Shown: positions 1-13,195 of the stretch, piece after piece | Numbering within the stretch: the stretch's first letter is position 1 | Layout of the letters: the number at the start of each line of letters is the position of its first letter | Source: Lama glama | Lineage: Eukaryota | Length of the DNA stretch: 64,000 nt | NCBI GenBank assembly: GCA_028534125.1 | Contig: CM052817.1 | Coordinates: forward strand, 24,182,001-24,246,000 | Reading direction: 5' to 3' | Notes under the pieces: generated by a model | What the model saw: the letters and a program-made list of their open reading frames with translations, nothing else | Told to the model about the DNA's origin: nothing | Databases searched by the model: none | Translations under genes and position numbers: made by a program

Positions 1-3000
1 AAGAATGAAAAGTTATGTCTAGATAATTAAGCTTTTTGCAGCTGCTATTTGAATTTGTAGCAAATTACATCTACTGACACCTCAACTCCCTATGGATGAG
101 ACTTAATCTGTACAAATATGTGTTACTTTTCTAACACTTTTTTTTTCTAAGTAAAGTTAATAAGACTGATGTTATAAATTTCATTTAGATTCTGGTAGAA
201 GTAACTCTGGAGTTTTCTTTAAGAGAGTTTCTTAAATGAGTCAAGATGAAGATTTACAGAACTAGATAGTAAAAATCCGAATTATAATAATTCACATTTC
301 TAGCTAATTGCTTTGAAAATGGAATAAAATTATTATATGGCTAACGAGTTATGCTCCTTTATAATAACTTGTGAAGAACATGAAAGACAAAAATCGGGAT
401 TTGAAACCAAGTTTACATGTCCATACCTGGACATATTGCATAGTCTTCTATGCTTCCATCCTCTCACCTATAAATTTGAGATTAATAATAGCACCTGTTT
501 CCTGTGTCTTTGAGAAGAAAACTCTAATAAATAGCGTCTCTCTTCCCTACCTAAATTCTACACCAACTGAGAAATGAGATGAAAGATTCAGCAGAGAACC
601 CAAGTATTGTAAAGCCTCAGAAGAATTAGTTAAGGGCAAGCACCTAAATGGAATTGTTCCTGCCTGTTTGCTCAGGCTAGATCTTGGAACAGGGTATCAG
701 AGAGAAACTTAAAACTGCAGAACAGTCACATTTACAGAAATTGTTTCCTCCTACTGATGAATAAAGAGGTGAAATATCAGAAATCAAATCCCCCTTAAGG
801 AATGTTGAGAGACCAGCTCCACACATGTGACTACATGAATTAGTGGCTGTAGCTTAATAAACTTGACTTTCATGGGGAAGAATAAGGGAGTCAAGAGTTA
901 GAATATTTAGGAAAAAATCACTCCTCATGGAAGTTCCTCACTAGCACTCCCTACTTTTTATTTTCTTAGCACATTGGGATCAACCTTTCAGATTATGCTT
1001 GTGCAGGAGCATGCCTAGTCCCTTGGGGAGATTCCTACTTTCTTGAGGTCACTATCCTATAGGTAGTCTCCTAGGACTGCTGGTGGGCAGTGGTGATATT
1101 GACCCCCTCTCACTATGGGGAAATACCAGAATGGAATGGATCAGAAGAGAGCATTACTCAAATCTGCTCACATCCCAAATCATGTCAAAACTATACTTTC
1201 TATATGCAAGGAGATTAAATGAATACATTAATGAGTAATAAATTAGATGAAGGCTTGCACTGATGAATAATAAACTGCAGGAAGATTCTCCAACTATAAT
1301 ATTCCAATCAGCATGGAGAACCCCAAATTTAAATACAAATCCCATGCTATGATCCAATGCTCAAGCTGAAGTTAAGTCCAAAAATTAAATGCCTAGATTT
1401 GGACTGAATTTCCTAGATTTCTTAAAAAAAAACACGTTTCAAGTCTCCCATCTCATGGTTAGAACGTGTGTTGTACTTTTTGGTTTAGAGATGATTGCTA
1501 TGCACCGAGGCCCAATAGGTATTTACAGCTCCATGTCTCCAGTTAAAACTCATTCTCTGTGAGCTGTCTTGAGACCTGTGGCTTGCAGGGTCTCTTAGGC
1601 TTTGAATAATTTGGGTAAGAGCAATTTGGGAATTTTCTTTACAATCCTCCTTTCCCAGCCAGTTAAAGTATCTGAGGACCGACAGAAGGAGTCAAAACAA
1701 GGATCAGAAATGCAGTGTCAAGGTTAGTCCTGGTGAAATGGGACTCCAGGGCAGAGTAGGACTGCCTCTGTTCTTCCTTAGACTATGGTCCTCACGTGGC
1801 CCTGTCCCACCCAGTCAGCTAATATTTATGAATAAAATAACACTGTGTTAGGAATCACATCCTGGTCTAAACTACAGGTATTAAGTCTATGATTTTAGGC
1901 TTGTTTCTAACATATTGAGAATGATGCACCACAGGTATTTTAGAAAGCTTTTTTTTTAGGCAAGATTACCTGCTGTTTAGAATTTGGGCTCAGATGATTT
2001 CTATCTTTAAATTTTTAATTTGTTTTCAACTGTTTTTGTCTGTTCCATAAATTATCTTAAAATATTGGAAATATTAAATACTAAAATAGGGTATTTGTAT
2101 AAATGCTAAACATTTCATATGATCTTATGCAAGCATTAAAAATGTGGTAAAAAATAATTCCTATAAAACTTCTGTAAATGCCTAAAATTATATAGCATAT
2201 TTCTGACTTTAATGATGTTCATAATATATAGATAGCTAAGTGAAGAAAGCATGCAACTTTATAATGTACAGCTTTACTTCTCTAAAAAAATCACATGTAG
2301 GTGCATGCATCCTGTTCATGTATGAGACCTGACAAATGTCATAAATAAATAGAAAAATATCTAGAAGCATACACCACAAACTATTAATAATGTGATTGGT
2401 TGGGTAGATAGGAATATGTATGTATACATTTTTTCCTGATTTTTTCCTGTAATTATAAGAAAAATAATAAAAAAAGAAAATTAGAAAATAAATAAGATTA
2501 AAACTATTTGCAGTTTTAAATATATTCTTAATTGCTTAATTTCAAATTTATTGTTAGACAATTATAACTATGCCATTTGTTTTAGAAATCATTTTATGAT
2601 TTTTAAAATTACTTAGTACTACAGAAAAGGCCTAACATGACAGAGTATCTGTTATTATGAGATGAGAAGTATACACACATATATATAATATACATAAATA
2701 AAATATATACATGCATATCTCTTAAATGTATGCATGTATATACTTTTAAAGAAATTAATTATAAATTTTATACAGCAAAAACTGGGGAAAAACTCCCTAG
2801 AAAAACTTGCTTAAAGGCATATGAAGTCTGCCGTATTATATCTCAGCTTCATGATATCCCATATAATAAATACGCAAATGATCTATCCCTAAGGATCTTT
2901 ACTGACCATCTGATTGTTTCAAAGAATTTTTACAGTCATCTGTTATCTACTACACTTTTCGGAATGTGAGGGAAAAAGTCGAGTTTGGGACTTTGCATAA

Positions 3001-3646
3001 GATTCTTAAGCCTGTGGAACATTCTGAACCATATTTATACCAAATCCCCCTTGTCTGATTGAGTTGTCATTCTCTGAGCTGACTCCTGTGCCCTCTACGT
3101 GTGTGTGTGTTTTGATGAGTAGAAAGAGATTTTTTAGAGCAATCCACTCAGCTTCCTTCCCCTCATTCTGCCTCATGACTCTCACATGTTTGTGAAATGA
3201 CCAACCTCATATGGAGAAATTCTGAAACTAAAGTTAGCTGGGTTTAGCCAAGGACAGAGCAGGCGACTGTGGAGGCAGAAGCAAGCTGAAGTGCCCAGTC
3301 CAGCGAGACCTTTCACCTACAGTGTCCCCAAGGACTGCCACCCAACCTGGCTGTTTTGCCGATCAGACCATTCAGACTTCATATCTTCACTTTTTTCTTT
3401 TCTTTTTAGGATTAGTCTATATCATCTGGCCTGGAATTTTGTTTTTTCAGTGTTGAGAATTTTCTAGTCTATTAATTCTCTTGCAGTGTTTAGATGCCTG
3501 GCTCAGAGTATCTTTCTCTGTATGAAATGAAGTTATTGGTTCTGTCAGGCTGAAGATACAAGATCTTGGAGTCTTAAAATCTTGCAAAAAAAAAAAAAAA
3601 CACACAGTAAAGTCAGTCAAAATTCAGTCTTGGAATTTGTATGCAT

Positions 3647-4450
3647 TCCTTCTTTCATTCACTCATTTAGTAAAAACACAGGACTGACTCTGCCATGTCT
3701 TGTCTAGGTGTTGTGGATAAAACAACAAACAATACAGACAAGCTCTCAGCCCTCACGAAGGTTACAACTGAGTGGGATACACTGAAAATTTGTAAGCAAG
3801 TGACTGTATAATGGGGTTTCATGGAATGATAAATTTCAAAAAGGAAAAGAATGCAGGAAAAGTAGATAGACTGATGGATGATCAAGGAAGGCCCCTCTGA
3901 AGAGGACATGAATAAGAAGGAAGAGAGAGTCAAGCAAAGGACTTTCAGAGGAAATTTCCTGGTAGAGGGAAGTAGCAAGTCCAAAGGCCCTGAAGCAGAA
4001 AGGTACTTAGCCTATATGGGTATCTGAAAAGCAAGATGGCCAGGTTGGATGGCGGGGAGTAAGCAAGGGCTGACAAGTAGGAAATGAAGACAGAGATAAA
4101 TGCAGAGGACAGATCTATGGTGCCTGGGAAAGATTTTGGATTTTTAACTAAGTGTGATAGGATGATATTGAGGGAGTTTTGAGCCTGGGCATGAATTAAT
4201 CTGACCTATGTATTTAAAATGGAACTCTGGTTGAGGAGTGGAAACTATATTGTGATTCACAACATGTAGGCAGGAAACCACAGGAGGCTAGACAAGAGAT
4301 GATAATGGCTTGGACCAGGATGCCAGCATGGAGGGGCTGTATAGATGTGATCTGACAGGAGAAGGGTGAAATTCAGTTTGACTGTGGGAGCTTTGGCCTT
4401 TGGAAAAGGGTGAATGGTTGTGTCATTTGCAAAGACGGGAACAACAGAGT
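3647..4450 (-). mobile_element. LINE-2 (L2a-like) 3' fragment
   Basis: Starts with ttcattcactcatttagtaaa (reverse of the L2 aatgaatg tail), followed by typical purine-rich antisense L2 sequence (caaggaaggcccctctgaagagg, agatgataatggcttggaccagg). Confidence 0.8.
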
Positions 4451-5082
4451 AGCTGGCTTACAGGACTGTTAATGAGGTGATAAATAGAAAAGCTATTCAG
4501 ATTCTGTGGGACTATTCAGTCATAATAAGATTGGTATATATTTAGGATAAGGCAACTGAAATTCAACATTGATCTATTTTTTAATTTTCCATAAACCCAT
4601 TATCTACACTACTGACAAGTGAAAAGCGCTGGCATATGACTCATTTATTTGTGAATTCATTTCCCCCGTACACACAGATGGTGTTTGCAGAGACTGGAAT
4701 AGGGGACGGCCTGTTGGGGAGCAAGGATCCTCAGAGTCACATGTAACCGTCTCACCTATGGGGGAGAATGTGCACATGCTAGTGTTTATACCCTTGGAAG
4801 TCAAAGCCAAATCACAAGGCTTTTACTGTCCTTTCCTCTGGTCTAACATTTAATATGTTTCTGTTGCCTTTTTCTTTTCTTCTCCTCTATATAGATTTGT
4901 GTAACTATTGTCATAGCAACAAGATAGTCTTTGCTTAGGAGAAATAGTTTGGACTAAACTAAATTATAAATCAACACCATCAGTAATATGGCTCTTTTTG
5001 CATTGTTTTTATGAGCCCAAATAATATTGAAGAGTCATCCTTTTATTAAGGTTTAGAGACATAGGACCTATTTTGTCTAATG

Positions 5083-5295
5083 CAGAAGTCAGTAAACTTT
5101 CATGTAAAGGGCCAGATGGTAAACATTTTAGGCACCGAGGGCCACGCAGTCTCTATCACAACTGCTCAATTATGCCTTGCAGCACGATACAGCCAAAGAC
5201 TACGTGAACCAGTGGCTGTGTTCCAATAAATCTTTATTTACAAAAACAAGCAGTGGACTGGATTTGGCAGATGGACCACAGATTGCCAACCCCTA
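5083..5295. mobile_element. MER58A-like hAT-Charlie MITE
   Basis: cagaagtcagtaaacttt...gtaaagggccagatggtaaacattttagg...ttgccaacccct; 8-bp TSD gtctaatg (5075-5082) / atctaatg (5296-5303). Confidence 0.9.
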
Positions 5296-5324
5296 ATCTA
5301 ATGGGTTCCTCCCTCTCACTTTCT

Positions 5325-5465
5325 AAGAGAGTGTTCAAATTATGTTCACTGTGTCATCCACAGCAGAATTCCTAGGTCCTACCTCAGACCTACTGAACTA
5401 GAATTTCTGTGGTTATCAATCTGCAATAAGCTCCCCAAGTAGTACCCACTCAAGTGTGAGCTCAA
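5325..5465. mobile_element. MER5A-like hAT-Charlie fragment
   Basis: cagaattcctaggtcctacctcagacctactgaactagaatttctg matches the MER5A core. Confidence 0.65.
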
Positions 5466-5574
5466 AGGCTGGGGTGTAACAAACTTCTATGAAAGCTTCT
5501 CTAAATAGGCTGGAGTGCAAATTACCACAAAGCTCTCTGCATTCTGAAATCAATATCCATCCACCCTAAGTGAA

Positions 5575-5895
5575 GTAACATAAGAGCAGCCTCGATAGTA
5601 TTTAAAAAAAAGAAGACAAAATTTGCCAACATTTTACAGTCAGGAAGATTTCACTTGAAAATATGGACTTCCAGCTCTTATGATAAATCGTAGCATCTGG
5701 CAACACTGAGCCCACATTCTTGCATAGCAAAAATCTGCTGGAGTTGAGTCATGAGCACCCAATTCAGAGAAAGCACATGTGCTCAGACTTAGACCACACT
5801 CCCCACCAGTCCCTATTATCTCTTTTATTGTCTTGCTTTACCTATTTCAGTTATTGGTCTGCCTTCTGTGATCATTTCATTTTACAATGACTGAT
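5575..5895. mobile_element. MER102-like hAT-Charlie element
   Basis: gatttcacttgaaaatatggacttccagct...atctggcaacactgagcccacattcttgcatagcaa...ccccaccagtccctatt matches the recalled MER102 consensus. Confidence 0.8.
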
Positions 5896-6699
5896 TTAGT
5901 AAATGCACTCTCAGTATTTATTAATGATGGATTATCATTGGCTAATTTATCCACATTTTATACCAGAACATTAGGACATATGCTGTAAGCTACACATGTG
6001 CAAAATTTTAAGCTGCTCATTCTAATAGAACACATCTAGAATGCAAAAGATAAAACCATTCTTGTATTTCCTGTTGTGGTACCTATAACTTTGCTGTCTC
6101 TGTGAGAAATGACAGAAAGGACTCTAAATAATAAGTGGCTAGTCAAATGGGTGTATTTTTATCAACTGCTGAAATGTGTCACTGAGGTAGAAAGGATCAA
6201 TCTGCAATTTCTGTTTAATAAAGTCTGCTCCAGCACCCCATATTTTAAGGGAGAATGTGTTCCTTGGCTGGCTGCTCTCTTGTGTTTCTGATGGGATACT
6301 TTCAGATGAAGCCTGGAAGTGGGGATGAAGACAGTGTATGACAAGAAATGTAAGCATTTCTGACTTGCCAGAGCAAACGTTGATTCTCACCTTTTGTACT
6401 TGCTGACAGGAAGTTAAAGTCTAACTCTTACTGGTTGACATTCGCTTTTATTCTCTGCTCTCTCACTTTCTCCACTAGCTACTCAGAGCCCCTGGTTGGG
6501 AGGGGATAGGAAGGTATGGAAGAAAGGGGAGAGATCATGCCAAGATAGAGTACATTTCTAAGAAAGACGTTTGTACCAGATTTATTGTTAAAAAGGAAAA
6601 AAAAATCACTTGGAAAGGATTTATTGTTCTCTTTTTGTTGTGAGGGAAGGCACTTATTTTCATTCACAATTGTCCTAATTTTTAAAGCACTACTAATAG

Positions 6700-7100
6700 C
6701 AGGAGAACATAACAAATGGTTATGATGTCACACACTAGATTTGGTGTCAGATACACGTAAGTGTGAAAGCCAGCTACTTAACTTCCAAGTTTTCTTTTAA
6801 GTAGTTACTTCATTTTTCTAAGCATCAATTTCTTCATCTGCAAATGGAAAGAGGAATACTTTCTGTCCCATCAAAGTGTTATGAGGATTAAATCCACATG
6901 AAGGGCTTAATAATGGGTTAGGCATTTAGTAAACAAAAATGATATTTCTCCCTAATTATTATTTTTATCTGTAAAATGTACATAATAATGATATCTATCT
7001 CATCAGGTTATTATAAGGATGTAATCGGGCCACACCCATAGGAACATTTATTCCAGTGCCTTACCCATGGTAAGTCCCTGATATATGTCACTTGTTATTA
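6700..7100 (+). mobile_element. two tandem MIR SINE fragments
   Basis: MIR core motifs caatttcttcatctgcaaatgg...gttatgaggattaaat and atctgtaaaatg...ggttattataaggat...agtgccttacccatggtaag. Confidence 0.7.
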
Positions 7101-7274
7101 AAAAATTATTACTATAAGAAGTATTGCTCATAATAATAGTCACAATCATTTGCAAAAAAGAAATTCACTGTGGAAGAGATTGCTAATAATTATCTAATTC
7201 TTCAAACTATAATCTAAATTATGCCATATAAGAACCATCCTGAACATGATATTGCCTTGATTTTTTTTGGCAGG

Positions 7275-7480
7275 ACATAGCATAATATATTGGAAGGAAA
7301 ATATGCTTTGGAGTCAGGGAGATCTGAGTCTGATTCCCACCCCTCTAGTTACTAGTTGGGTGATGTTAGTTTTGTTATCTCTGAGCTTCAGTTTCTCATC
7401 TTTGAGCCAAAGAAACCACTTGATTTAGAATAAAAACAACTTTTAAAAACTTTGTCAAGATTCAGTGAGATGGGTATGTG
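7275..7480 (+). mobile_element. MIR SINE
   Basis: gctttggagtcagggagatctgagtctgattccca...tctctgagcttcagtttctcatct. Confidence 0.75.
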
Positions 7481-7632
7481 CTTGATACAGAAGGCTTAGG
7501 TTACCAGCTTTACTGCTTTAGTTTTTGGATGCTTTCCAGTACCGGTTTGCTTTGCACATGCTCTTGCTAACATTTCACACATTTTTAAGTTGTTAGAAGA
7601 GACTCTGAATAGCATACTTCTATCATCTAACA

Positions 7633-7878
7633 CAGTGGTTCTTCCTAGAAGCAATCCTCCTCACAGGAGACACTGGCAATGTCTAGAGACATTTTTTTAT
7701 TGACTTGACTGGGTGGCGGGGGTGGGGGTGGCAAGAAGATAGTATTCTACTGGCATTTAGTGGGTAGAGGCCAGGAATGCTCTTAAACATTCTACAAATG
7801 TATAGGGCAGCTTCCTACAGCAAAGAATGTCAAATACTTTGGCCAACATGTCAATAGTAATGAAGTTAAGAAACTCTG
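7633..7878. mobile_element. MER20 hAT-Charlie MITE
   Basis: cagtggttct...ggcaatgtctagagacattttt...tggcatttagtgggtagaggccaggaatgct...aagaaactctg; degenerate 8-bp TSD atctaaca / atccaata. Confidence 0.9.
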
Positions 7879-7977
7879 ATCCAATACATTGATCTCTGCA
7901 CTTCTTTAGACATTACTGAGCTGAGAAGCTTTTTAAGTAGATAAACAATTTCAAGACTGGTCTTAGAAACTGCCAAC

Positions 7978-8709
7978 CTCAAAAAATAAAATAGAACTAC
8001 CAAGTCATCCATCAATTCCACTTCTGGAAATATATCCAAAGGAAACAGAAACTCTATGTCAAAGGGATTTCTGCACCCTTGTGTTCATTGTCATATTATT
8101 CACAATAGCCAACACATGGAAATAGTCCAAGTGCCCATTGATGGTTGAGTAAACAAATAAAATGCGGTGTATATGTAAATGATGAAATATTATTCAGCCT
8201 TAACAAAGAAGGAAACCCTGCCACTAACAATAATATGGATAAATGATGAGGGCATTATGCTAAATAAAATAAGTCAGAGAAAGACAAATACTATATGATC
8301 AAGTATATGTGGAATCTAAAAAAAAAAAAGCAAACTTACAGAAAAAGAGATCAGATTTGTGGTTATCAGAGGAGTGGGGTTGGGGAAGGGGAATTGGATG
8401 AAGGTGGTCAAAAGGTACAAACTTCCAGTACCAAGATAAATAAATACTAGGGATGTAATGTACAACACGATGAGTATGGTCAACACTGCTATATGGTATA
8501 CCTGAAAGTTGTGAAGAGTAAATCCTGAGTTCTCATAACAAGAAAAAATTTTTTTTTCTTTTTTTTGTATGTCTGTGAGATGATGAATGTTAACTAAACT
8601 TACTATGGTAACCATTTCACAATATATGTAAGACATACCATTATGTTGTACACCTTAAACTTATACAGTGCTGTATGCAAATGATATTTCAATAAAACTG
8701 GTTAAAAAA
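7978..8709 (+). mobile_element. 5'-truncated L1 (L1MA9-like): ORF2 end, 3'UTR and poly(A)
   Basis: ORF2 C-terminal motifs (tagaactacc...caattccacttctgg), L1MA9-type 3'UTR, aataaa plus A-tail; 13-bp TSD agaaactgccaac (7965-7977) / agaaactggcaac (8710-8722). Confidence 0.93.
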
Positions 8710-9019
8710 AGAAACTGGCAACTTGAATCATATGATTCCCAAGAATATTGATATTTTCCTATGCCAACATGCTTTCTATATTTATCTAGCAAAGATTTAT
8801 TCCTTTGATTATTTTAACTCCTTCCTAGATAAGAAATGTACAACATCTCACTTGTTATTGATATACCTATGTGCTTCTTGTATCTGCCTAATATTTGCCA
8901 AGACAACAGTGAAGTAACATGAGTATGATAGGCTCTGAGACTGGCGGTTTCAAGGCCAGCCATCCAGAGTGACTTGTTACAGTGCTTCAGTATCTGCCTG
9001 TTTTGAGTCTCAAATACAC

Positions 9020-9575
9020 AAAGCAATCAGGTGATCTTTCTATAACCTCAGTTCAGGACCATCTCCTGATCAAAAATGGCTCCACAGTCTTAAAATAAAG
9101 CTTAAATCTTTACCCCAGCTTCAAGACCCTGTGTAATCTGACCCTGCCCAAGCTCTGATTTGGTGTTACAACTTGTCTACACACTCACTCAGCCCTATAC
9201 AGACTAGCCTTCTGGCTGTTCCTCTAATAAACCAAGCTCATTTCAGTCCCAGCACATTAGCCATTTCTACTTTTCTGGAATACTCTTCCTCTTAAATCTT
9301 TGCTCATTTAGGTCTTTGCTTTGAAGCTCACCTCATGAAAGCCCTGGCCTTCCTATCAGAAATATGACCTCAACATTACCCTTTGCATATGGCACTTCCC
9401 TTCTGTGCTTTGCTTTTCTTCAGAATAGTGCACTACCCCACAGTGTATCATATATTTGTTGGTACTTGTGTATTGTATGCCTCTGACATTCTCAAATATA
9501 AGCTCCTTTTGACTTGTTATCCCCATAAACATCCTGTTCAGAATTCCACAGGATACAATTTGGCAAATGCTTAGT
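9020..9575 (+). mobile_element. LINE-2 fragment
   Basis: aagcaatcaggtgatctttcta...caagaccctgtgtaatctgaccctgccc, typical sense L2 3' region. Confidence 0.75.
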
Positions 9576-9811
9576 TAATCCGTTTTTTTATATTTCATTT
9601 TCTCCTGGTTTTGCCATTAAACAAGAGAAACAAGCTACATCTGTGTCATTAAAATGTGCTAGAAATTCCAGCAATCATCAGAACATTTGATTTATCAAGA
9701 CTAGAGACTCATTGTTTAAATCTGACCAACACAGAGTTTGAATAAAATTAAATCTGAGTGCGTTTTAGAGGAGCTTCATTCTCTAGTTCACTCTCATGAC
9801 TAGCTATCACC

Positions 9812-9849
9812 TGTGCGTGTGCACACGTGCACACACGTGCACGCACACG
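9812..9849. repeat. 38-bp perfect alternating purine/pyrimidine tract
   Basis: tgtgcgtgtgcacacgtgcacacacgtgcacgcacacg, read directly. Confidence 0.9.
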
Positions 9850-9855
9850 AACATA

Positions 9856-10199
9856 TAATTGTCCCTTGATATCAAAAGGGGATTGATTTCAGAAACTCTC
9901 TTGGATACCAAAATATGAGATGCTCAAGTGCTTTATATAATATGGTGAAGTATTTGTACATAACCTATGCAATCCTCTATGCTTCAAATCATCTCTAGAT
10001 TACATATAACACCTAATGCAATGTAAATGCTATGTAAATTGTTGTAAAAACAATGCAAATGCTGTAAAAATAGCTGCTGGCATGTGGCAAATTCAAGTTT
10101 TATTTTTTGGAACTTGCTGGAAATTTTTTAAAAATATTTTTGATCTGTAGTTGGTTGAATCCATGGATGGGGAACCTGCAGAAATGGAGGGCCAACTAT
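9856..10199. mobile_element. MER2/Tigger2a (artiodactyl-type) Tc1-mariner MITE
   Basis: ggataccaaaat...gatgctcaagt...tcaaatcatctctagattac; internal ggcaaattcaagtttt...tttttggaac segment; ends gttggttgaatccatggatggggaacc...ggagggccaacta followed by TA. Confidence 0.88.
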
Positions 10200-10541
10200 A
10201 TATAGGTGAATAGATAGATAGATTATATAGATATATAACATCAAACTATAATACCTATATTAGGTTCCTCTAAGAAGTTAATGTATTATCATACCTGGTC
10301 ATCTCACACATTTGTGTTATTTGCCTGAATCCCAAAGGCATTTAAGTTTATTTATAAGCCCTGATCTAAGTGATGGAAAGACAATTTGCCTAAATGAGTT
10401 TCATTTAAATTAATTCAATTAAACATTATGCATAGGTGAATAGGTGGCTGCCTATATACAGTGTGATGTGAAGACATCCTATACCTCCTTTTCCTTTTGA
10501 TTCATCAATGTCTAAATGGCAATATTAAAATGCTATTACAA

Positions 10542-11142
10542 CCCCAATGTTCATAGCAGCACTATTTATAATAGCCAAGACATGGAAACAACCTAAATAT
10601 CCATTGACAGATGACTAGATAAAGAAATTTTAGTATATATAGTGGAATACTACTCAGCCATAAAAAGAATAAAGAATAAAATAAGGTCATTTGCAGCAAC
10701 ATGAATGGACATAGAGATCATCATTCTAAGTAAAGTAAGCCAGAAAGAGAAAGAAAAATAACATATGATATCACTTATATGTAGAATCTAAAAAAGAGAC
10801 ACAAATGAGCTTATTTACAAAACAGAAATAGACTCACAGACATAGAAAACAAATTTGTGGTTGCTGGTGGGGAAAGGGATGAGAAGGAATAAGTTGGGAG
10901 TCTGAAATTTGCAGATACTAACTACTATATATAAAATAGATAAACAACAAGTTTCTTCTTATAGCACAGGGAACTATATTCAGTATCTTGTAGTTACCTA
11001 TAATGAAAAAGAATATGAAAATGAATATATGTATGTTTGTATATGACAGAAACATTGTGCTGTACACCAGAAATTGACACAACATTGTAAACTGACTATC
11101 CTTCAGTTAAAAAAGAGAGATTAAAAAAACACACACACACGC
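10542..11142 (+). mobile_element. 5'-truncated artiodactyl/camelid-type L1 3' end with (AC)n-containing tail
   Basis: ccaatgttcatagcagcactattt...gcacagggaactatattcagtatcttgta...cacaacattgtaaactgactat; perfect 14-bp TSD aaatgctattacaa (10528-10541 / 11143-11156). Confidence 0.95.
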
Positions 11143-11625
11143 AAATGCTATTACAAACCACAGAGGTTTTAGACAAATGCAGTAGTCTATGCTACTACTA
11201 GTACCAAATATACATTTTTCAGTAGAATTTATCACCTCAGTCTCTAAAGCAACTTCTTATGGTTTTGAGGATATAGGAATCGCAGGAAGTCCATCATTAA
11301 ATTGGGCACAGCAAAGGTAAAGTTCAAAGACATGACTGGTCAGGAAGGTTCAAAAAGGAAAGAGGAATGAGAGATAAGTTGAAAATGTTAGAAACAAATG
11401 TGGCTTTTAATTTTTCCAAAACAGGAAACTGCCTAAGCTTTACTTACTCAGTCCCCTGTTTTGTTCACATTTTCATTTACTTTTATATAGAGGTATCCAT
11501 CCTTCTTTGTTTTAGTGCTGATTCTTGTCCTCACAGGAATATGAACCCCTTTAAACTGAAGAATGGAGTAACTTGTTCCTGAGATCATTTTTGCTGATAA
11601 TGTCCCATGTTTCTTTTCAAGATGA

Positions 11626-12125
11626 NNNNNNNNNNNNNNNNNNNNNNNNNNNNNNNNNNNNNNNNNNNNNNNNNNNNNNNNNNNNNNNNNNNNNNNNNNN
11701 NNNNNNNNNNNNNNNNNNNNNNNNNNNNNNNNNNNNNNNNNNNNNNNNNNNNNNNNNNNNNNNNNNNNNNNNNNNNNNNNNNNNNNNNNNNNNNNNNNNN
11801 NNNNNNNNNNNNNNNNNNNNNNNNNNNNNNNNNNNNNNNNNNNNNNNNNNNNNNNNNNNNNNNNNNNNNNNNNNNNNNNNNNNNNNNNNNNNNNNNNNNN
11901 NNNNNNNNNNNNNNNNNNNNNNNNNNNNNNNNNNNNNNNNNNNNNNNNNNNNNNNNNNNNNNNNNNNNNNNNNNNNNNNNNNNNNNNNNNNNNNNNNNNN
12001 NNNNNNNNNNNNNNNNNNNNNNNNNNNNNNNNNNNNNNNNNNNNNNNNNNNNNNNNNNNNNNNNNNNNNNNNNNNNNNNNNNNNNNNNNNNNNNNNNNNN
12101 NNNNNNNNNNNNNNNNNNNNNNNNN
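11626..12125. other. assembly gap, exactly 500 N
   Basis: Run of N. Confidence 1.
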
Positions 12126-13069
12126 ATTATGACCAAATACTATAAATACTAACTAGAAATGTGTGTGTGGAGAGAAATATAATAAGTGAACATTTAGGCC
12201 TGGATTTTAGGGACTTCAAGCCTCCATTTACTGAGTATGAAATTTATGCTGTAGTCATTCAGAGCAGGTGTAAATTATTTCAGGTACTATGTCTTTCAAA
12301 TGTTTAGTAATTTGAAGATTTCATTTAGAAGTGAAAATAGTCTACCCTGGGAAGAAGGAAGCACATGACAAAGTAATTATTATGTAATTAACCCCTCTAG
12401 GGTCCCCAATTCATTTCAAAGGAATATTTTTAATATCACACTAAAGAATAAGCACAGCTTCACAAATTTAAAAATGTGAAGTACCAATTAGATGGGATAG
12501 ATGCTCTGCCACTGAGCAGTACATTTGTTTGTGGAACAGGTAAGACGCTCTCAGCATTCGAAGCTTCATTTTAAAGACCAAGGCTGAGAGTCTCCTTAAC
12601 TCATAAATAACACCTCACAATTATCCTTAAACTGGGCATGTATGAATGAAGGAGAAAATGCTTAAAGAGGAATGCTTAGACTTATCTTGTTGATATTGCT
12701 GCTTAGGATATATTAAATTCTCCTTCTGTGGTGATTCTCTTTTTTCTTTCCCTCTCAACACTTCCTCCAGTTAGTAACTTAAGGGCCAAGTTTGTTTGTT
12801 GAATCATATAACATTAAAGATCTTTTTTTTCAGACACCCAGAAATCTTCTATAAGATTGCAGGGGAAAATCCTTGTTTTTCTTGCTCCTCAGTGAATAAA
12901 ACAGCAGAAAGATTAGAGTCATTTATTATTTCACTGAAAATGTTCATTAAACACTCCTCTATGTGACAATACAGCTGGATTCCAGGCTCTTTCTGAGAAG
13001 TATGGTCAGGAATTCACCACCCCATAGCATCACAATCTGGGCAGAGAAAACTAATATTTTGTGCAGACC

Positions 13070-13195
13070 TGAATAAATCCTGGAGATCTTCTGTACAACA
13101 TTGTGCCTACAGTTTAAAATACCATATCACACACTTAAAAATTGGTCAAGAGTTCTCATGTTAAGTGTTCTTATTGAGTAAAAAAATAAAAAAGA
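13070..13195 (+). mobile_element. old L1M (L1MA10/L1MB-like) 3'UTR fragment
   Basis: gaataaatcctggagatcttctgtacaacattgtgcctacagt...ctcatgttaagtgttcttatt plus A-rich tail. Confidence 0.7.

Noticed and set aside
560..1400. Segment with LTR-like or old-repeat-like texture (aataaag at ~761)
   Set aside because: I could not support any termini, TSD or family match.
7711..7731. G-run tract gggtggcgggggtgggggtgg as a G-quadruplex
   Set aside because: It has only three runs of three or more G and lies in the variable G-rich part of a MER20 element.
11573..12152. Long ORFs of 170-230 aa here and at 32483-33232 and 56974-57656
   Set aside because: They are artefacts of reading through 500-N gaps.
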